DNA of 64,000 nucleotides from a virus, in IMG/VR virus record IMGVR_UViG_3300025875_000003, positions 32,001-96,000 of that record. One strand, given 5' to 3'. Shown here one piece after another: positions 51,301 through 60,185 of this stretch. The notes beneath the pieces are model-generated. The model ran no database searches. It had not been told where the DNA came from and worked only from the letters and a program-made list of their open reading frames with translations. Made by a program: the position numbers and the translations under genes. Position 1 is the stretch's first letter. Every line of letters starts with the position of its first letter.

Positions 51301-54300
51301 TCGAGCCTTGCTGACTACCAGGAGAATGCTCCCGAGCCTGAGCCGGTGGAGTTGGAGCAGTCTGATCCGGTTGAGGCCAGCAAGACTCTTTCTGAAAGTG
51401 ACCTTCAGAACCTCCCAAGCGGGTCAATTATAGTTTCAGACGAGGGCTGGACCTTTACTAAGCATGGTCCAGATTACTGGATCGACTCAGAGGGTGAAGA
51501 CTTCTTCATCGGTGATCTTGTTAGCATTTCTTCTGGGTACACGCTGAATTCCAAGCCTGCCGAGCCTGAGCCTAATGTTCCGGATTACGCCAAGGCACCC
51601 GAGGCTGTTGCAGCCAAGACGCCTCAGCCCAACAACGGCAAGGTTTATTGGGACGGCAAGAAGGCGTCTGAGGCTCCAGAGGGTGCCCAGGTTCAGTTTG
51701 CCGATAAGAGCGTGCTTTACAAGACTGCAAATGGAAAGTGGTCTCCTTATAACAATGGCTCATCAGGCGCAATTTCAGATTCTGTCATTCAGAGTAGCCT
51801 AGACGATGGGGGCCTGACGCCTTCTAACAACGAAGAACCTCTTGCCGAGTGGGAGAAGGAACTTCTTGCGGGTGTAACTGACCTCGACGCGCCCATTGGT
51901 GGAGACCCCTGGGATGGCAAGAATGCTGCTGACGCTCCTGTTGGTGCGAAGGTGCACTCCGCTTCCCCCATGGGGTCATATTGGCAGAAGAGGGAAGATG
52001 GCGAGTGGCAGGCGTACTGGAAGGATTCTGGTGAGCCTAAGTCGTATTCTTGGTCGGAGGCCCATGTCCAGGGCTATCTAGAGAGCGGTATGCTGCTTCC
52101 CTACACCGAAAACAAGGAGAACGAACAGAAGGAAGACTTTGATTCTCCGGAAGACGCTGAGACGGGCCCGCAGACCAATCCTTCTGGCCTGACTCCCGGT
52201 AAGTACTCCACCGGCAAGGGCAAAGCCTACATGGTAGTTGCTGCGGACGGTACTGCCATCTACGTGCAGGGCAACGGTGTAGCCAAGTACATCGACACCG
52301 ATAAGGTGAAGAAGAATTACGACGCGGGCATGAGCACCTATGGTGGTCTGGTAGACGCGCCTGAGCCTTCCGACCCCGCAGACAAGAAGCCGGTAGCCAA
52401 GGCCGTCAAGAAGGGTCCGGTGGAACTTCCTTCGGGCACCTACTACTTGGGTGATTCGACCAAGAGCAAGACGACCGTCTACGTCGTTGACGGCGATAAG
52501 GTCAAGATCTACAAGGGCAAGGAAACGTGGTCCTTTAACGAGGTCGTGCAGCCGGACGACAGTGTTTCTGTTGAGGCTGTGCCTCTAGACAAGATCAAGA
52601 CCGCGTACCACCAGGGCAAGATTGTTGACGCTGATGGCAACTCGGTAGTGCCCAAGGGTTACTCTGGTCCCATCACCATGTTCAACGTGCCTACGTCTAC
52701 GCAGGCTCTGGTCATGGCTCGCAAGTCGATTCAGGATGATCCTGAGTTCAAGGCTATTGGTACTAATTTTGTTCAGGCTAAGTTGAAGGCCCTGGGGTTC
52801 ACCACCAACCTGAGCAAGGTTGTAGACAAGATCAAGACAGAGCAGCCCGATTGGGGTGAGACCCTGGGCTCTACATATGGTCTTACTTACAGTGCGGATA
52901 ACTCCTGGCACGAGCCCATTCGTGAGAAGATTCTTGCGCAGATGGATGCTCTGCTGGAGGGTGCAGAGACGACTATTCCTGAGTCAAACGCTTCTGGTCT
53001 GTTCGAGTGGGGCCAGGACGGTTCTGCCCAGATGCCTCTGGAACTTGCTTCTATGAGTTCTTCCTCTGGAAGCACGACGGCCAACAATGCCAAGGCCAAG
53101 GCCATTGCGCAAGCATTTGGTGGCGGGAAGATCCTGTACCCACCTACGGGCAAGTATGAGAAGTACTACTGGCTACAGGCTTTTGAGCAGGGCAACTTCG
53201 CTGTGATGTATCAGTATGAGGTTAACTCGTTTGCCGGGAAGGACAAGTCTCACCCCGCTGGTTATCTGCATCCTGGCTATGAGGGCAACGAAGAGACCAA
53301 CCACGTTAAGTGGGGCGCGGTTGTGTCCGGCGAGGTTGCTGCGGGCGTTGAGGTAGAAGGTGACTGGTCGAAGATCTCGGTTAACAACTGGTCGCCCGCT
53401 GAGATTGATAACTATCTCATTGCTGCCAAGATGCAGAATCCTCAGTATCTTACTCTGGCCCAAAAGCGCAAGTGGGTTCAGTACCATAAGAACGGTGGTA
53501 AGGGAGTAGTAGACGCCATTTCGGCTTCGGCTGCGCAGGCAAAGAATGAGGGCAAGCCCGCTCTATCTCCTGCACCAGCGTGGACGGACGACATTGTTCC
53601 GGCTACTGAGTATGACCACATGTTCGATGAAGGTCCGTATCCCAGTGGGGATAAGTGGCAGAATGTTAGTTACGCCGTTGTTCGTGCTTGGGCTAAGGAT
53701 AACCTGAAGAACGAAGAATTTTTGGAGATATTGAAGGCTGCCCATGACGAGCAGGGCTACCACCTATACACCGATGGTAACGGCCTTCCAGATATGGACA
53801 ATCTTTCGTCTTATCCTGTACGTGCCGCAGTTTCCAAGTATTGGAACGGTAAGTACGAGGCCTACCAGGAAGAGTTGAACAAGCCGGTCTACACCAAGAT
53901 CAAGTTGATCGAGGGCGAAGACGCGGGTACTCACGATGTCTGGATCACTAAGGACCAGTTCGACCGCAAGTACGTCTTCAAGCCGGTAGATTCTCCAGAT
54001 AAGCGCTGGCGCGCCGAGATTGAGACTATTGCTAGTCAGATGAGCGTGGCGTGGGGGTTCCGTACTCCTAATGCACAGATCATGGAGTTGGACGGCGAAG
54101 AAGGCATATTGATGTCTTTCGCTGACCATGTTTCTTCTTTCAAGGGCAAGAACGGTAACTCGATTCAGATGTCTTCTCTGACGGAGAAGCAGGTTGGTCA
54201 GGTTGCCGCCGAGCACGTCCTTGACTGGATTCTAGACAATGATGACACGCATTCATCCAACCTGCTCATGGGTACGGATGGAAATGTTATCGGCATCGAC

Positions 54301-56775
54301 AAGGGTCGCGCGTTCTTCGTCTACGGCAACTGGAACGGATTGAGTGCGGATACTCAGGCGCATTCCAACGCCAACTTGGTATACACCAAGTTGTACGATG
54401 ACATTCGTTCAGGAAAGGTCACTCAGGAACAGGCACAGGCTGCGTACTTCGCTGCCATGAAGGCCGCCAAGCGCATCCAGAACTCTGATGACGCCGCTGC
54501 TGAGGCTCGCATTCGTGAGGCTACTGCCAATCGTCCGAAGTGGTCCCCGCCTGGCTACATGACACACTTCAGCCATGCGCAGGCTCCGCAGAACCAGGAC
54601 CAGTTGGTTGCGGCATTCCTAGAGCGTAAGCAAAATATGGTCGAAGAGATCGGAGAGATGTGGGATCGCATTTTCGCTGCGTCTCCGTATGACAAGCCTG
54701 AGGCTCCCGATAAGGCCTTGGGCGAGGACCACTTCTCGGGTTGGGAAGAGCCGGGCTTGGCTGAGGCTGCTGTGGCCTCCAAGGTCTGGGGTACGTCTGC
54801 GCTGCACGCATCTCCTGGCATCCAGAGTGGTGCGTCCTTGTTGTGGCATGAGAAGACGAAGGATGACAAGGATTTGTTGAAGGGCACGTTGAAGGTAGGC
54901 AACCTGACCCAGAAGAAGATTCTGGGCTTCATGAAGGGCAAGGCAGGTTCGCCTGCAAATAGCGAGTACCAGTCTTCCCAGATCGACGGGTTCCCCCACA
55001 CCACCGAGTGGAAGTCAATTACATCTGCTGCGGGCAAGGATGCGTCCAAGCATGTAGAGGACAAGGAGTACACGGCTGAGGTTTGGGACAACTTGGCAAC
55101 CCTGGACGATACGCTTGATAAGGACCTAGAGTTCTGGGCTCCCGACTTGGAGCCGGATGAGTACAGCGAATATGTCTTCTTCCCTTCAGGTAAGCAGGTT
55201 CCTGTCAAGGGTCTTTTCCAGTATCGACAGGCCCTGGATCACTACAAGAATCTCATTTCCAAGGCTCGCACTGCTCGTGATGAAGGAAAGACCACAGATA
55301 AGTACGAGTTCACTGTGTTCTCTCCCACTCCGATCAAGAAGAACGGGCAAACTCTCACAGGGCCAGATGGCGAGTCCTACACGGAGATGTACGGCAGCGG
55401 GTGGTTCCACACCACCAAGACTGGCGTAGAGGTCGTTCCTGCGCCCCCTGAGGGCGTTCTGAAGGGCACTGCGCCAGGTTGGGAGAACCCCGCTGCGGCC
55501 GAGGCTCCCATGTCTGATCCGGTAATCTACAAGCAGGTCAACGCACACGAGTACGGCGGCGAGTTGCTTACGGACGGAACCAAGAAGAATTCTGGTTCTA
55601 GCAGCAGTTCGGGGCATGATGGGCAGCAGTACGAGGCCACTCTGCCTACCGGAGAGGTGATTACCTTCCGCAATGGTGATGACACACTTACCTCGTTGAG
55701 TCAGCAAGGTCGCATTACCTACACTCTGTCACAGGATGACCCGGAGGCTTCTCTGCTACGTGTTCAGGCTCAGTTCGACAAGATGGGCCTAGATATGTCG
55801 GGCGCTCAGCCCGAAGACGCCGAAAACGTCTACTGGCGGTCTATGTTCTCTCGCGTTCTTCTCAGCAAGGGCGGTGGGGCCAAGATTGAGGCCGCTCGTA
55901 ATAAGATCAATGAGAATAAGCAAGACATTTCAGCCAAGACGGGCGTTTCTTTCTATGACCTCAATGAGTTCTCTGTCGTAGAGGGCATTGGCCTGTCCAT
56001 GACTTCGGAGCAAGAACACGAATTTTGGCACAACCTGGCTGTCGAGACGTGGGGCTCAGAAAAGGTAAATGATTGGATTGCAGCAGACAAGCACCTTCCC
56101 CAGTACCAGCATTTGAATCTGGCTGACCCGGAGATGAATACCGGAATGCCCTATTTCAATCGTCTTGATGTTGATGTGGACGAACTGAAGAAGACCAAGA
56201 CCCTTGTTGCCATCGGCAACAACGGTAAGGATGATTCTCTGTTGAAGTACATCACCTCTGGTGGTATGGCTTCTACTGAAGAGCGTCTGCGTCTTCTAGG
56301 ACACTACAAGACGGGTGCTTCTTCTAGTGAGGATCAAGATACTGGTGGGGCCACGGGTGTATTTACACGTCTTGCCATTCCGGGCGGCAATGCAGAATAC
56401 TCGGGCTCGATGTTCGGGTCTTACGTGGCTTATTGGAGCCCTGAGGTGTTGACCCAGACCGGGACGTATTCGTACACCGACGACAGTTACGGACGATGGT
56501 CTTCCCTGTCGAGCAATAATAAGTATGACCCGGTGGAATCTGCCAGGAAGAACACAGATTCGAGCAACGAGACGCTTGTCCAGAATACGATGAGTATCTT
56601 CGACTATCTGGAAGTGTTCTCCTTCGAGAACGCGACCAAGCGGAACGAGGCTATTCAACGTATGAAGGCCCTGGGGTTTTCTACCCTCCGGGGTATGCCT
56701 ATTGAGGATCGATTCGTTATGCGTGAGAACATTAAGGAAGCAGTGGCTAAGGTGCGTGCATCGTGGAACGTGTGA
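48355..56775 (+). CDS. 2806-aa multidomain protein with a HipA/PI3K-like kinase domain and a possible C-terminal ART-like domain
   Basis: GTHDVW..YVFKP..EIE..DNDDTHSSN..IGIDKG; repeated L..LP.G modules. Confidence 0.8.
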   Translation: MFELEQFEEVVALAGVRKVRTQEGVKFYGLPLGSPITADLIALKDKQAAAKGVKAPKDALTSSSSRVTPKAPGSSSVESDSGSVSDAIKVKKSTISGPAKFSVGAKEYGAPSGSKFITPQNNPKIAYVRTPDGKIRAFNEQGEIEVPATLSNLLAKKFTAEYAGDDAYEVVDLVSAADDPDSPVLGSAADAPAETVAVSTEGDPVFTKNDQGGWTHDALGVEFSDEDVQTLVDNGEILLSPPVEGDTAALEEQTTAGMPNFSDMTKAEAISAFDAMPAGSILGIAGSDATISKQSDGTWISKSGMQPSGNPVTTEDLALVKSILVSADKEYAPDVEGPSSEVSEVKEAESPSAPDNKGKVNEPKGLDAARSAISSYTNKAAFPSSEVSNVAKMLSMDEAIGVFDGTYPLNVSKMIAGIDIDGHDLKSAIKAARKTNAQKTVELGQNKWHNEDAVLREVAIQAIGDNSTDVEDFKANLKKISTVDPLSKTKEDSVTKENKAPKAKSAGGSAPVTKPTPASEKAIGSESLKVVRENEKQSKQTVSEAVVDTKKPAGPPRLPESGKPLANLNEVSEVKAALDLLPEGAILRHESLFFKYTKDASGWWVAPSGSKRTAASFFTAKDQMVLELPRKEADKPKAALTPEKTGPDFKVGEQFTFTSYEDLDALPAGAVLGKWNVSWTKVSDNAYLTENGTTVPNSNLLIRGNSMQYKIVSLPEPAATKFSTEYAKGDKIKKYGHLREMPVGTKIKSSALGASYLLTKGEDGKWHENENGVPWSPDTLADDIIDGNLTMEASGSVGEQSDDLDVQLLPNGIVYSKKQIADAVDALEGHSGFQIAYGFKTIPDHPLAQKDAQNAVKEAAMAAFPDLKPKQAFVAFLKDKGGISDVPASVDAAVGAPGLAGNKIHLGADNPQAKTIQGYDGGDFTPADVESAISILEAFGGKAFKAELNKKGNPLGILNPNDLVGFNKDKTVTKQKFIDLLKSSLADYQENAPEPEPVELEQSDPVEASKTLSESDLQNLPSGSIIVSDEGWTFTKHGPDYWIDSEGEDFFIGDLVSISSGYTLNSKPAEPEPNVPDYAKAPEAVAAKTPQPNNGKVYWDGKKASEAPEGAQVQFADKSVLYKTANGKWSPYNNGSSGAISDSVIQSSLDDGGLTPSNNEEPLAEWEKELLAGVTDLDAPIGGDPWDGKNAADAPVGAKVHSASPMGSYWQKREDGEWQAYWKDSGEPKSYSWSEAHVQGYLESGMLLPYTENKENEQKEDFDSPEDAETGPQTNPSGLTPGKYSTGKGKAYMVVAADGTAIYVQGNGVAKYIDTDKVKKNYDAGMSTYGGLVDAPEPSDPADKKPVAKAVKKGPVELPSGTYYLGDSTKSKTTVYVVDGDKVKIYKGKETWSFNEVVQPDDSVSVEAVPLDKIKTAYHQGKIVDADGNSVVPKGYSGPITMFNVPTSTQALVMARKSIQDDPEFKAIGTNFVQAKLKALGFTTNLSKVVDKIKTEQPDWGETLGSTYGLTYSADNSWHEPIREKILAQMDALLEGAETTIPESNASGLFEWGQDGSAQMPLELASMSSSSGSTTANNAKAKAIAQAFGGGKILYPPTGKYEKYYWLQAFEQGNFAVMYQYEVNSFAGKDKSHPAGYLHPGYEGNEETNHVKWGAVVSGEVAAGVEVEGDWSKISVNNWSPAEIDNYLIAAKMQNPQYLTLAQKRKWVQYHKNGGKGVVDAISASAAQAKNEGKPALSPAPAWTDDIVPATEYDHMFDEGPYPSGDKWQNVSYAVVRAWAKDNLKNEEFLEILKAAHDEQGYHLYTDGNGLPDMDNLSSYPVRAAVSKYWNGKYEAYQEELNKPVYTKIKLIEGEDAGTHDVWITKDQFDRKYVFKPVDSPDKRWRAEIETIASQMSVAWGFRTPNAQIMELDGEEGILMSFADHVSSFKGKNGNSIQMSSLTEKQVGQVAAEHVLDWILDNDDTHSSNLLMGTDGNVIGIDKGRAFFVYGNWNGLSADTQAHSNANLVYTKLYDDIRSGKVTQEQAQAAYFAAMKAAKRIQNSDDAAAEARIREATANRPKWSPPGYMTHFSHAQAPQNQDQLVAAFLERKQNMVEEIGEMWDRIFAASPYDKPEAPDKALGEDHFSGWEEPGLAEAAVASKVWGTSALHASPGIQSGASLLWHEKTKDDKDLLKGTLKVGNLTQKKILGFMKGKAGSPANSEYQSSQIDGFPHTTEWKSITSAAGKDASKHVEDKEYTAEVWDNLATLDDTLDKDLEFWAPDLEPDEYSEYVFFPSGKQVPVKGLFQYRQALDHYKNLISKARTARDEGKTTDKYEFTVFSPTPIKKNGQTLTGPDGESYTEMYGSGWFHTTKTGVEVVPAPPEGVLKGTAPGWENPAAAEAPMSDPVIYKQVNAHEYGGELLTDGTKKNSGSSSSSGHDGQQYEATLPTGEVITFRNGDDTLTSLSQQGRITYTLSQDDPEASLLRVQAQFDKMGLDMSGAQPEDAENVYWRSMFSRVLLSKGGGAKIEAARNKINENKQDISAKTGVSFYDLNEFSVVEGIGLSMTSEQEHEFWHNLAVETWGSEKVNDWIAADKHLPQYQHLNLADPEMNTGMPYFNRLDVDVDELKKTKTLVAIGNNGKDDSLLKYITSGGMASTEERLRLLGHYKTGASSSEDQDTGGATGVFTRLAIPGGNAEYSGSMFGSYVAYWSPEVLTQTGTYSYTDDSYGRWSSLSSNNKYDPVESARKNTDSSNETLVQNTMSIFDYLEVFSFENATKRNEAIQRMKALGFSTLRGMPIEDRFVMRENIKEAVAKVRASWNV

Positions 56776-57062
56776 CTAAGAAGTTTGTAAGAGAAACCTT
56801 TCCCAGCGGAGCAGCAGCCTTTTTTTCGGCAGACCGGCCGGTGTTTGATTTGGTTGATCTAAGTGTTAAGGACGTAGAAGGAAAGACTTATCTACAGGGA
56901 TGGACTTCTCCCAACAAGGATTTTGTTTTTGACGTCACTCAGCCCATCGAAACGGATAACGGCTGGCGGGTCAAGACCCTGGAAGGCAAGAAGGTTTTTC
57001 TCTCGCCTCTGTCGAAGGACAGAGGAGACCGTATGACGGCACGAGTAAAGGACAGTATCTGA
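56772..57062 (+). CDS. hypothetical protein
   Basis: GTGA coupling. Confidence 0.65.
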   Translation: MTKKFVRETFPSGAAAFFSADRPVFDLVDLSVKDVEGKTYLQGWTSPNKDFVFDVTQPIETDNGWRVKTLEGKKVFLSPLSKDRGDRMTARVKDSI

Positions 57063-57361
57063 TGGCTACTTACTTGATTCACAAGAACCTTGATGGCGAA
57101 CCCATTGGCTCCTGGAATGATGCGGGTGAATCCGCATATGCGGCCGGGTTTGACGATCAGAGGGGCAGTGGTCGTCTTACTGTTCAGGACAAGGGCTGGG
57201 GCGTTCCCTGGTCTGTCTTTGCACGTCGATTGGCTGCCACCACTAATTTTCATGAGTGGTGGGGTGTACTAGAACATAATGGCACCCCAGAGGCTGCGTT
57301 GGATGATGTCCGGAACACATTTTTTTCTCGTGCCGCTTCTCGTACTCCCCGAGATCGTTAA
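57062..57361 (+). CDS. hypothetical protein
   Basis: TGATG coupling. Confidence 0.65.
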   Translation: MATYLIHKNLDGEPIGSWNDAGESAYAAGFDDQRGSGRLTVQDKGWGVPWSVFARRLAATTNFHEWWGVLEHNGTPEAALDDVRNTFFSRAASRTPRDR

Positions 57362-57380
57362 TGTCAACTACAAGCCTGAT

Positions 57381-57391
57381 TGGTCGATAGT
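57381..57391 (+). promoter_or_regulatory. TGGTCGATAGT late promoter motif (leaderless)
   Basis: motif + ATGAGT + ATG. Confidence 0.7.
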
Positions 57392-57397
57392 ATGAGT

Positions 57398-58489
57398 ATG
57401 GCCGGTTTTGCGATTGTTCCTCAGCCTCACGGCAGTGAAGGCTTTGTGAAGTTGTCGCGTACCCCCCAAGGCAAGATTTACGAGAAGCACATTCTTAATT
57501 ACGGCCCGCTGTTCTACCCCGGTGTACGCGGCGGCGCGGTAGACATTAATGACGCTTGGGCGGACAGGCTTATTGCCAACTTCAAGGCTCAGGTTTGCGA
57601 TATTGTTCAGGTGCCGCTGGCCGGTGCTAATAATGAGCATTCGGAAGATCCTTCCAGAAATATCGGTGAAGTCGTAGGCCTCGTAAAGCGCAACAAGAAG
57701 ATCTATGCGCAGATAGATGCACGAGACGAGGTAGCCGCCTCTCGTCTAGGTAAGACGCTGCTAGGGGCTTCTGCGCTGTTGCACCTTAACTACACGGATA
57801 CTCGTACAAATCAAAAGGTTGGTCCTACGCTGCTGCATGTGGCGGTTACGAATCGTCCTTATGTTGTAGGTCTTGAAGATTACAAGGAAGTTATTGCCGC
57901 AAGCGCTATTGGTGCAAATGCGGTCGATGGTATGAGGGAAGCGGTAGTGCTTTCCGCCCCGAACTCGCAGGAGGACAAGATGGAACTCGATGACCTGAAG
58001 GCTGAACTGAAGGCCGATTACGGCATCGACGTTGACGCGCTTGTGCTCAGCGCGGGCGTCGTGGACAACGCTGTTGCGCTCAGCAATTCCGTACAGGAGG
58101 CCCTCACCGAGCAGGGGTTTCTTGCCCTTTCCAACGACGGCGAGCCCTCTACAGAGGACTTGGTCGGTGCCATCAACAAGGCTGGCGAGCAGATTGTGTC
58201 TCTGACCGCTGAGGTTGAGGCTGTTCGTACTGAGAAGGCCAAGACTGATGCTGAGTCACATGTTGACTCTCTGGTTCGTTCGGGTCACATTCTCCCCAAG
58301 AATCGAGACGCACAGGTAACTCTTCTGCTCTCTAATGCAGAACTGTTCGACCAGTTGCTGCCGGAGCAGCCTCTAGTTCGTCTCTCAAATGAGGGGGGCG
58401 AGATCGGTACCCATCCCGCCGACGAGAAGCCTGCTGGCGATGTTGCCGCTGAGGTCAATCGCCTCGCAGAACTTGCCAAGAACGCCTGA
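57398..58489 (+). CDS. capsid maturation protease/scaffold fusion (Mu I-like)
   Basis: GPTLLHVAVTNRPY motif; helical acidic C-terminal half. Confidence 0.8.
   Translation: MAGFAIVPQPHGSEGFVKLSRTPQGKIYEKHILNYGPLFYPGVRGGAVDINDAWADRLIANFKAQVCDIVQVPLAGANNEHSEDPSRNIGEVVGLVKRNKKIYAQIDARDEVAASRLGKTLLGASALLHLNYTDTRTNQKVGPTLLHVAVTNRPYVVGLEDYKEVIAASAIGANAVDGMREAVVLSAPNSQEDKMELDDLKAELKADYGIDVDALVLSAGVVDNAVALSNSVQEALTEQGFLALSNDGEPSTEDLVGAINKAGEQIVSLTAEVEAVRTEKAKTDAESHVDSLVRSGHILPKNRDAQVTLLLSNAELFDQLLPEQPLVRLSNEGGEIGTHPADEKPAGDVAAEVNRLAELAKNA
57980..58489 (+). CDS. nested in-frame scaffolding protein
   Basis: internal CAGGAGGACAAG-ATG RBS and an upstream CGGTCGATGGT promoter-like motif. Confidence 0.6.
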   Translation: MELDDLKAELKADYGIDVDALVLSAGVVDNAVALSNSVQEALTEQGFLALSNDGEPSTEDLVGAINKAGEQIVSLTAEVEAVRTEKAKTDAESHVDSLVRSGHILPKNRDAQVTLLLSNAELFDQLLPEQPLVRLSNEGGEIGTHPADEKPAGDVAAEVNRLAELAKNA

Positions 58490-58537
58490 TCTTTTTTCAA
58501 CGTCCCAAAGTACTAACTCCTTGAAGGGGAGAAACCG

Positions 58538-58927
58538 ATGGCTACTGAGTACCCCGGCAATGCGATTCCGGCTCCCGGCTTTAAGTCTGGGAACAACACC
58601 GAGGATCTTGAACTTCTCTACTCGACTGTTGGGTACGTCCAGAAGGGCGTAACTCTGGAGCCGGGTCAGGGCGTTCTTCCTCTGGGCACCTTTATTAAGC
58701 AGAATCCGGCAACTAAGCGCTATGTCCGAGCCACTTCTGGTGTAGAGGGTGTCCTGCGCAAGACCGTGGACACCGGAACGGACACGGATGCTCAGGTCTG
58801 GCTAGGCAACATTCTCTTCGGAGGCACACTGAAGTTGCCTCTGGTCTCTTCGGCCAACTCTGGTGTGACCTTGACCTCTGTGCTCAACGCTCAGGTCAAC
58901 ACCGTGGCGGGCTTCTTCCGCTTCTGA
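58538..58927 (+). CDS. capsid decoration protein (lambda gpD-like position)
   Basis: KGVTLEPGQGVLPLGT; lies between scaffold and capsid. Confidence 0.75.
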   Translation: MATEYPGNAIPAPGFKSGNNTEDLELLYSTVGYVQKGVTLEPGQGVLPLGTFIKQNPATKRYVRATSGVEGVLRKTVDTGTDTDAQVWLGNILFGGTLKLPLVSSANSGVTLTSVLNAQVNTVAGFFRF

Positions 58928-59121
58928 TCGGCTCTACCCTTCGGGACGTTGAGGGTGCGGCTCAGGACAAGATTCTGAGCCAATCCCTGAGTGGTCCGCA
59001 GGATTACTCTAAACAGACCAGCCAAGTGACTCCCTTAGATGGGAGGGCGCAGGTCGGCGGCTTTCTCGGTCGCGCTGCTTCGGATTAAGAGACATACCGA
59101 CCCCTGAAAGGAAGCCCTGCG
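58928..59121 (+). ncRNA. highly structured leader upstream of the major capsid gene
   Basis: at least five hairpins and a possible pseudoknot. Confidence 0.45.
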
Positions 59122-60168
59122 ATGACCGAGATCTCGCTGCTTCAGCCGCTCGTCCTCCGTCAGGTGGTCGAGAAGTTCACCGCTCCGGAGACCCTGACCC
59201 TCCTTAACCGCGTTCCGCAGACGCCGTGGCCGTTCCCGACCGCGCAGTGGGAGGTCATTCGTGGCTCCCGTGCCGTGGCCCGACCGAACGTGCCCAACTC
59301 TGAGGCACACATCGTGCCCCGTCTGGGCCGTAGCACTGAGTCTGCTGCGTTCGTCTACCTTCGTGAGAAGAAGGTCTTTGAGCCGACGACTCTGCATTGG
59401 CTCCGTCAGGCCGCGAATAACCTGACCGACCTCAACAAGACCAACGCTGAGGCTGCGGTTCTGCGCGAGGTCCGCGACCTCAACCAGCGCTTCGACAACT
59501 TCGCTGAGTACATGCTCTGGCAGTCGCTAACCGGCGTTCTGTCCTTCGACTATCCGGACGTTGTTGCGAACGTGGACTACAAGTTCCTCGACTCGCACAA
59601 GCCCGTTGTTGGCACCTCCTGGGAGACGGCGACCCCGGCGCAGATTGTTGCTGACATCCGTGCCTGGAAGCGCCTTATCACCCGTGATGGCCGCGTTTCG
59701 GGCAACGAGGCCTACGCCACTGAGGCCACCATTGAGCGCATCTTCCAGGCGTTCGCTGCGAATGGTTCTACCCCGGCTGTTCTTCTCTCTGACCGGATGA
59801 AGGACCAGTACTACACCACGGGTACGCTGCCCGGCTTCATGGGTCTGGACTGGCGTCCGCAGGAGTCAGTCTATGACGCCACCGGGGCAGGCTACACGGC
59901 GGCAGGTTCGACTCGGGAGACCGAGCAGCAGTTCCTGAAGGACGACGCTATCGTTCTCGGTAACTTCACGGAGAACCGGCCCATCGAGTTGATGATTGGC
60001 CCGACCGCTGACGATGAGGCCCCTGAGGGCTTCACCGGCAAGTTTGCCAAGACGTGGAAGGACAAGGACCCGAGCGCCCGGCAGTACTTGCTGGAGTGGA
60101 ACCTGCTTCCCATCATCACCCGCCCGGAGCAGTTCGTCTACGTGGACAGCGTTACCACGGCAGGCTGA
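59122..60168 (+). CDS. major capsid protein (lambda gpE-like)
   Basis: 348 aa, strong codon bias, EYMLWQSLTG, VDYKF; followed by a terminator. Confidence 0.88.
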   Translation: MTEISLLQPLVLRQVVEKFTAPETLTLLNRVPQTPWPFPTAQWEVIRGSRAVARPNVPNSEAHIVPRLGRSTESAAFVYLREKKVFEPTTLHWLRQAANNLTDLNKTNAEAAVLREVRDLNQRFDNFAEYMLWQSLTGVLSFDYPDVVANVDYKFLDSHKPVVGTSWETATPAQIVADIRAWKRLITRDGRVSGNEAYATEATIERIFQAFAANGSTPAVLLSDRMKDQYYTTGTLPGFMGLDWRPQESVYDATGAGYTAAGSTRETEQQFLKDDAIVLGNFTENRPIELMIGPTADDEAPEGFTGKFAKTWKDKDPSARQYLLEWNLLPIITRPEQFVYVDSVTTAG

Positions 60169-60185
60169 TCTTCGGACCTTTTCTG

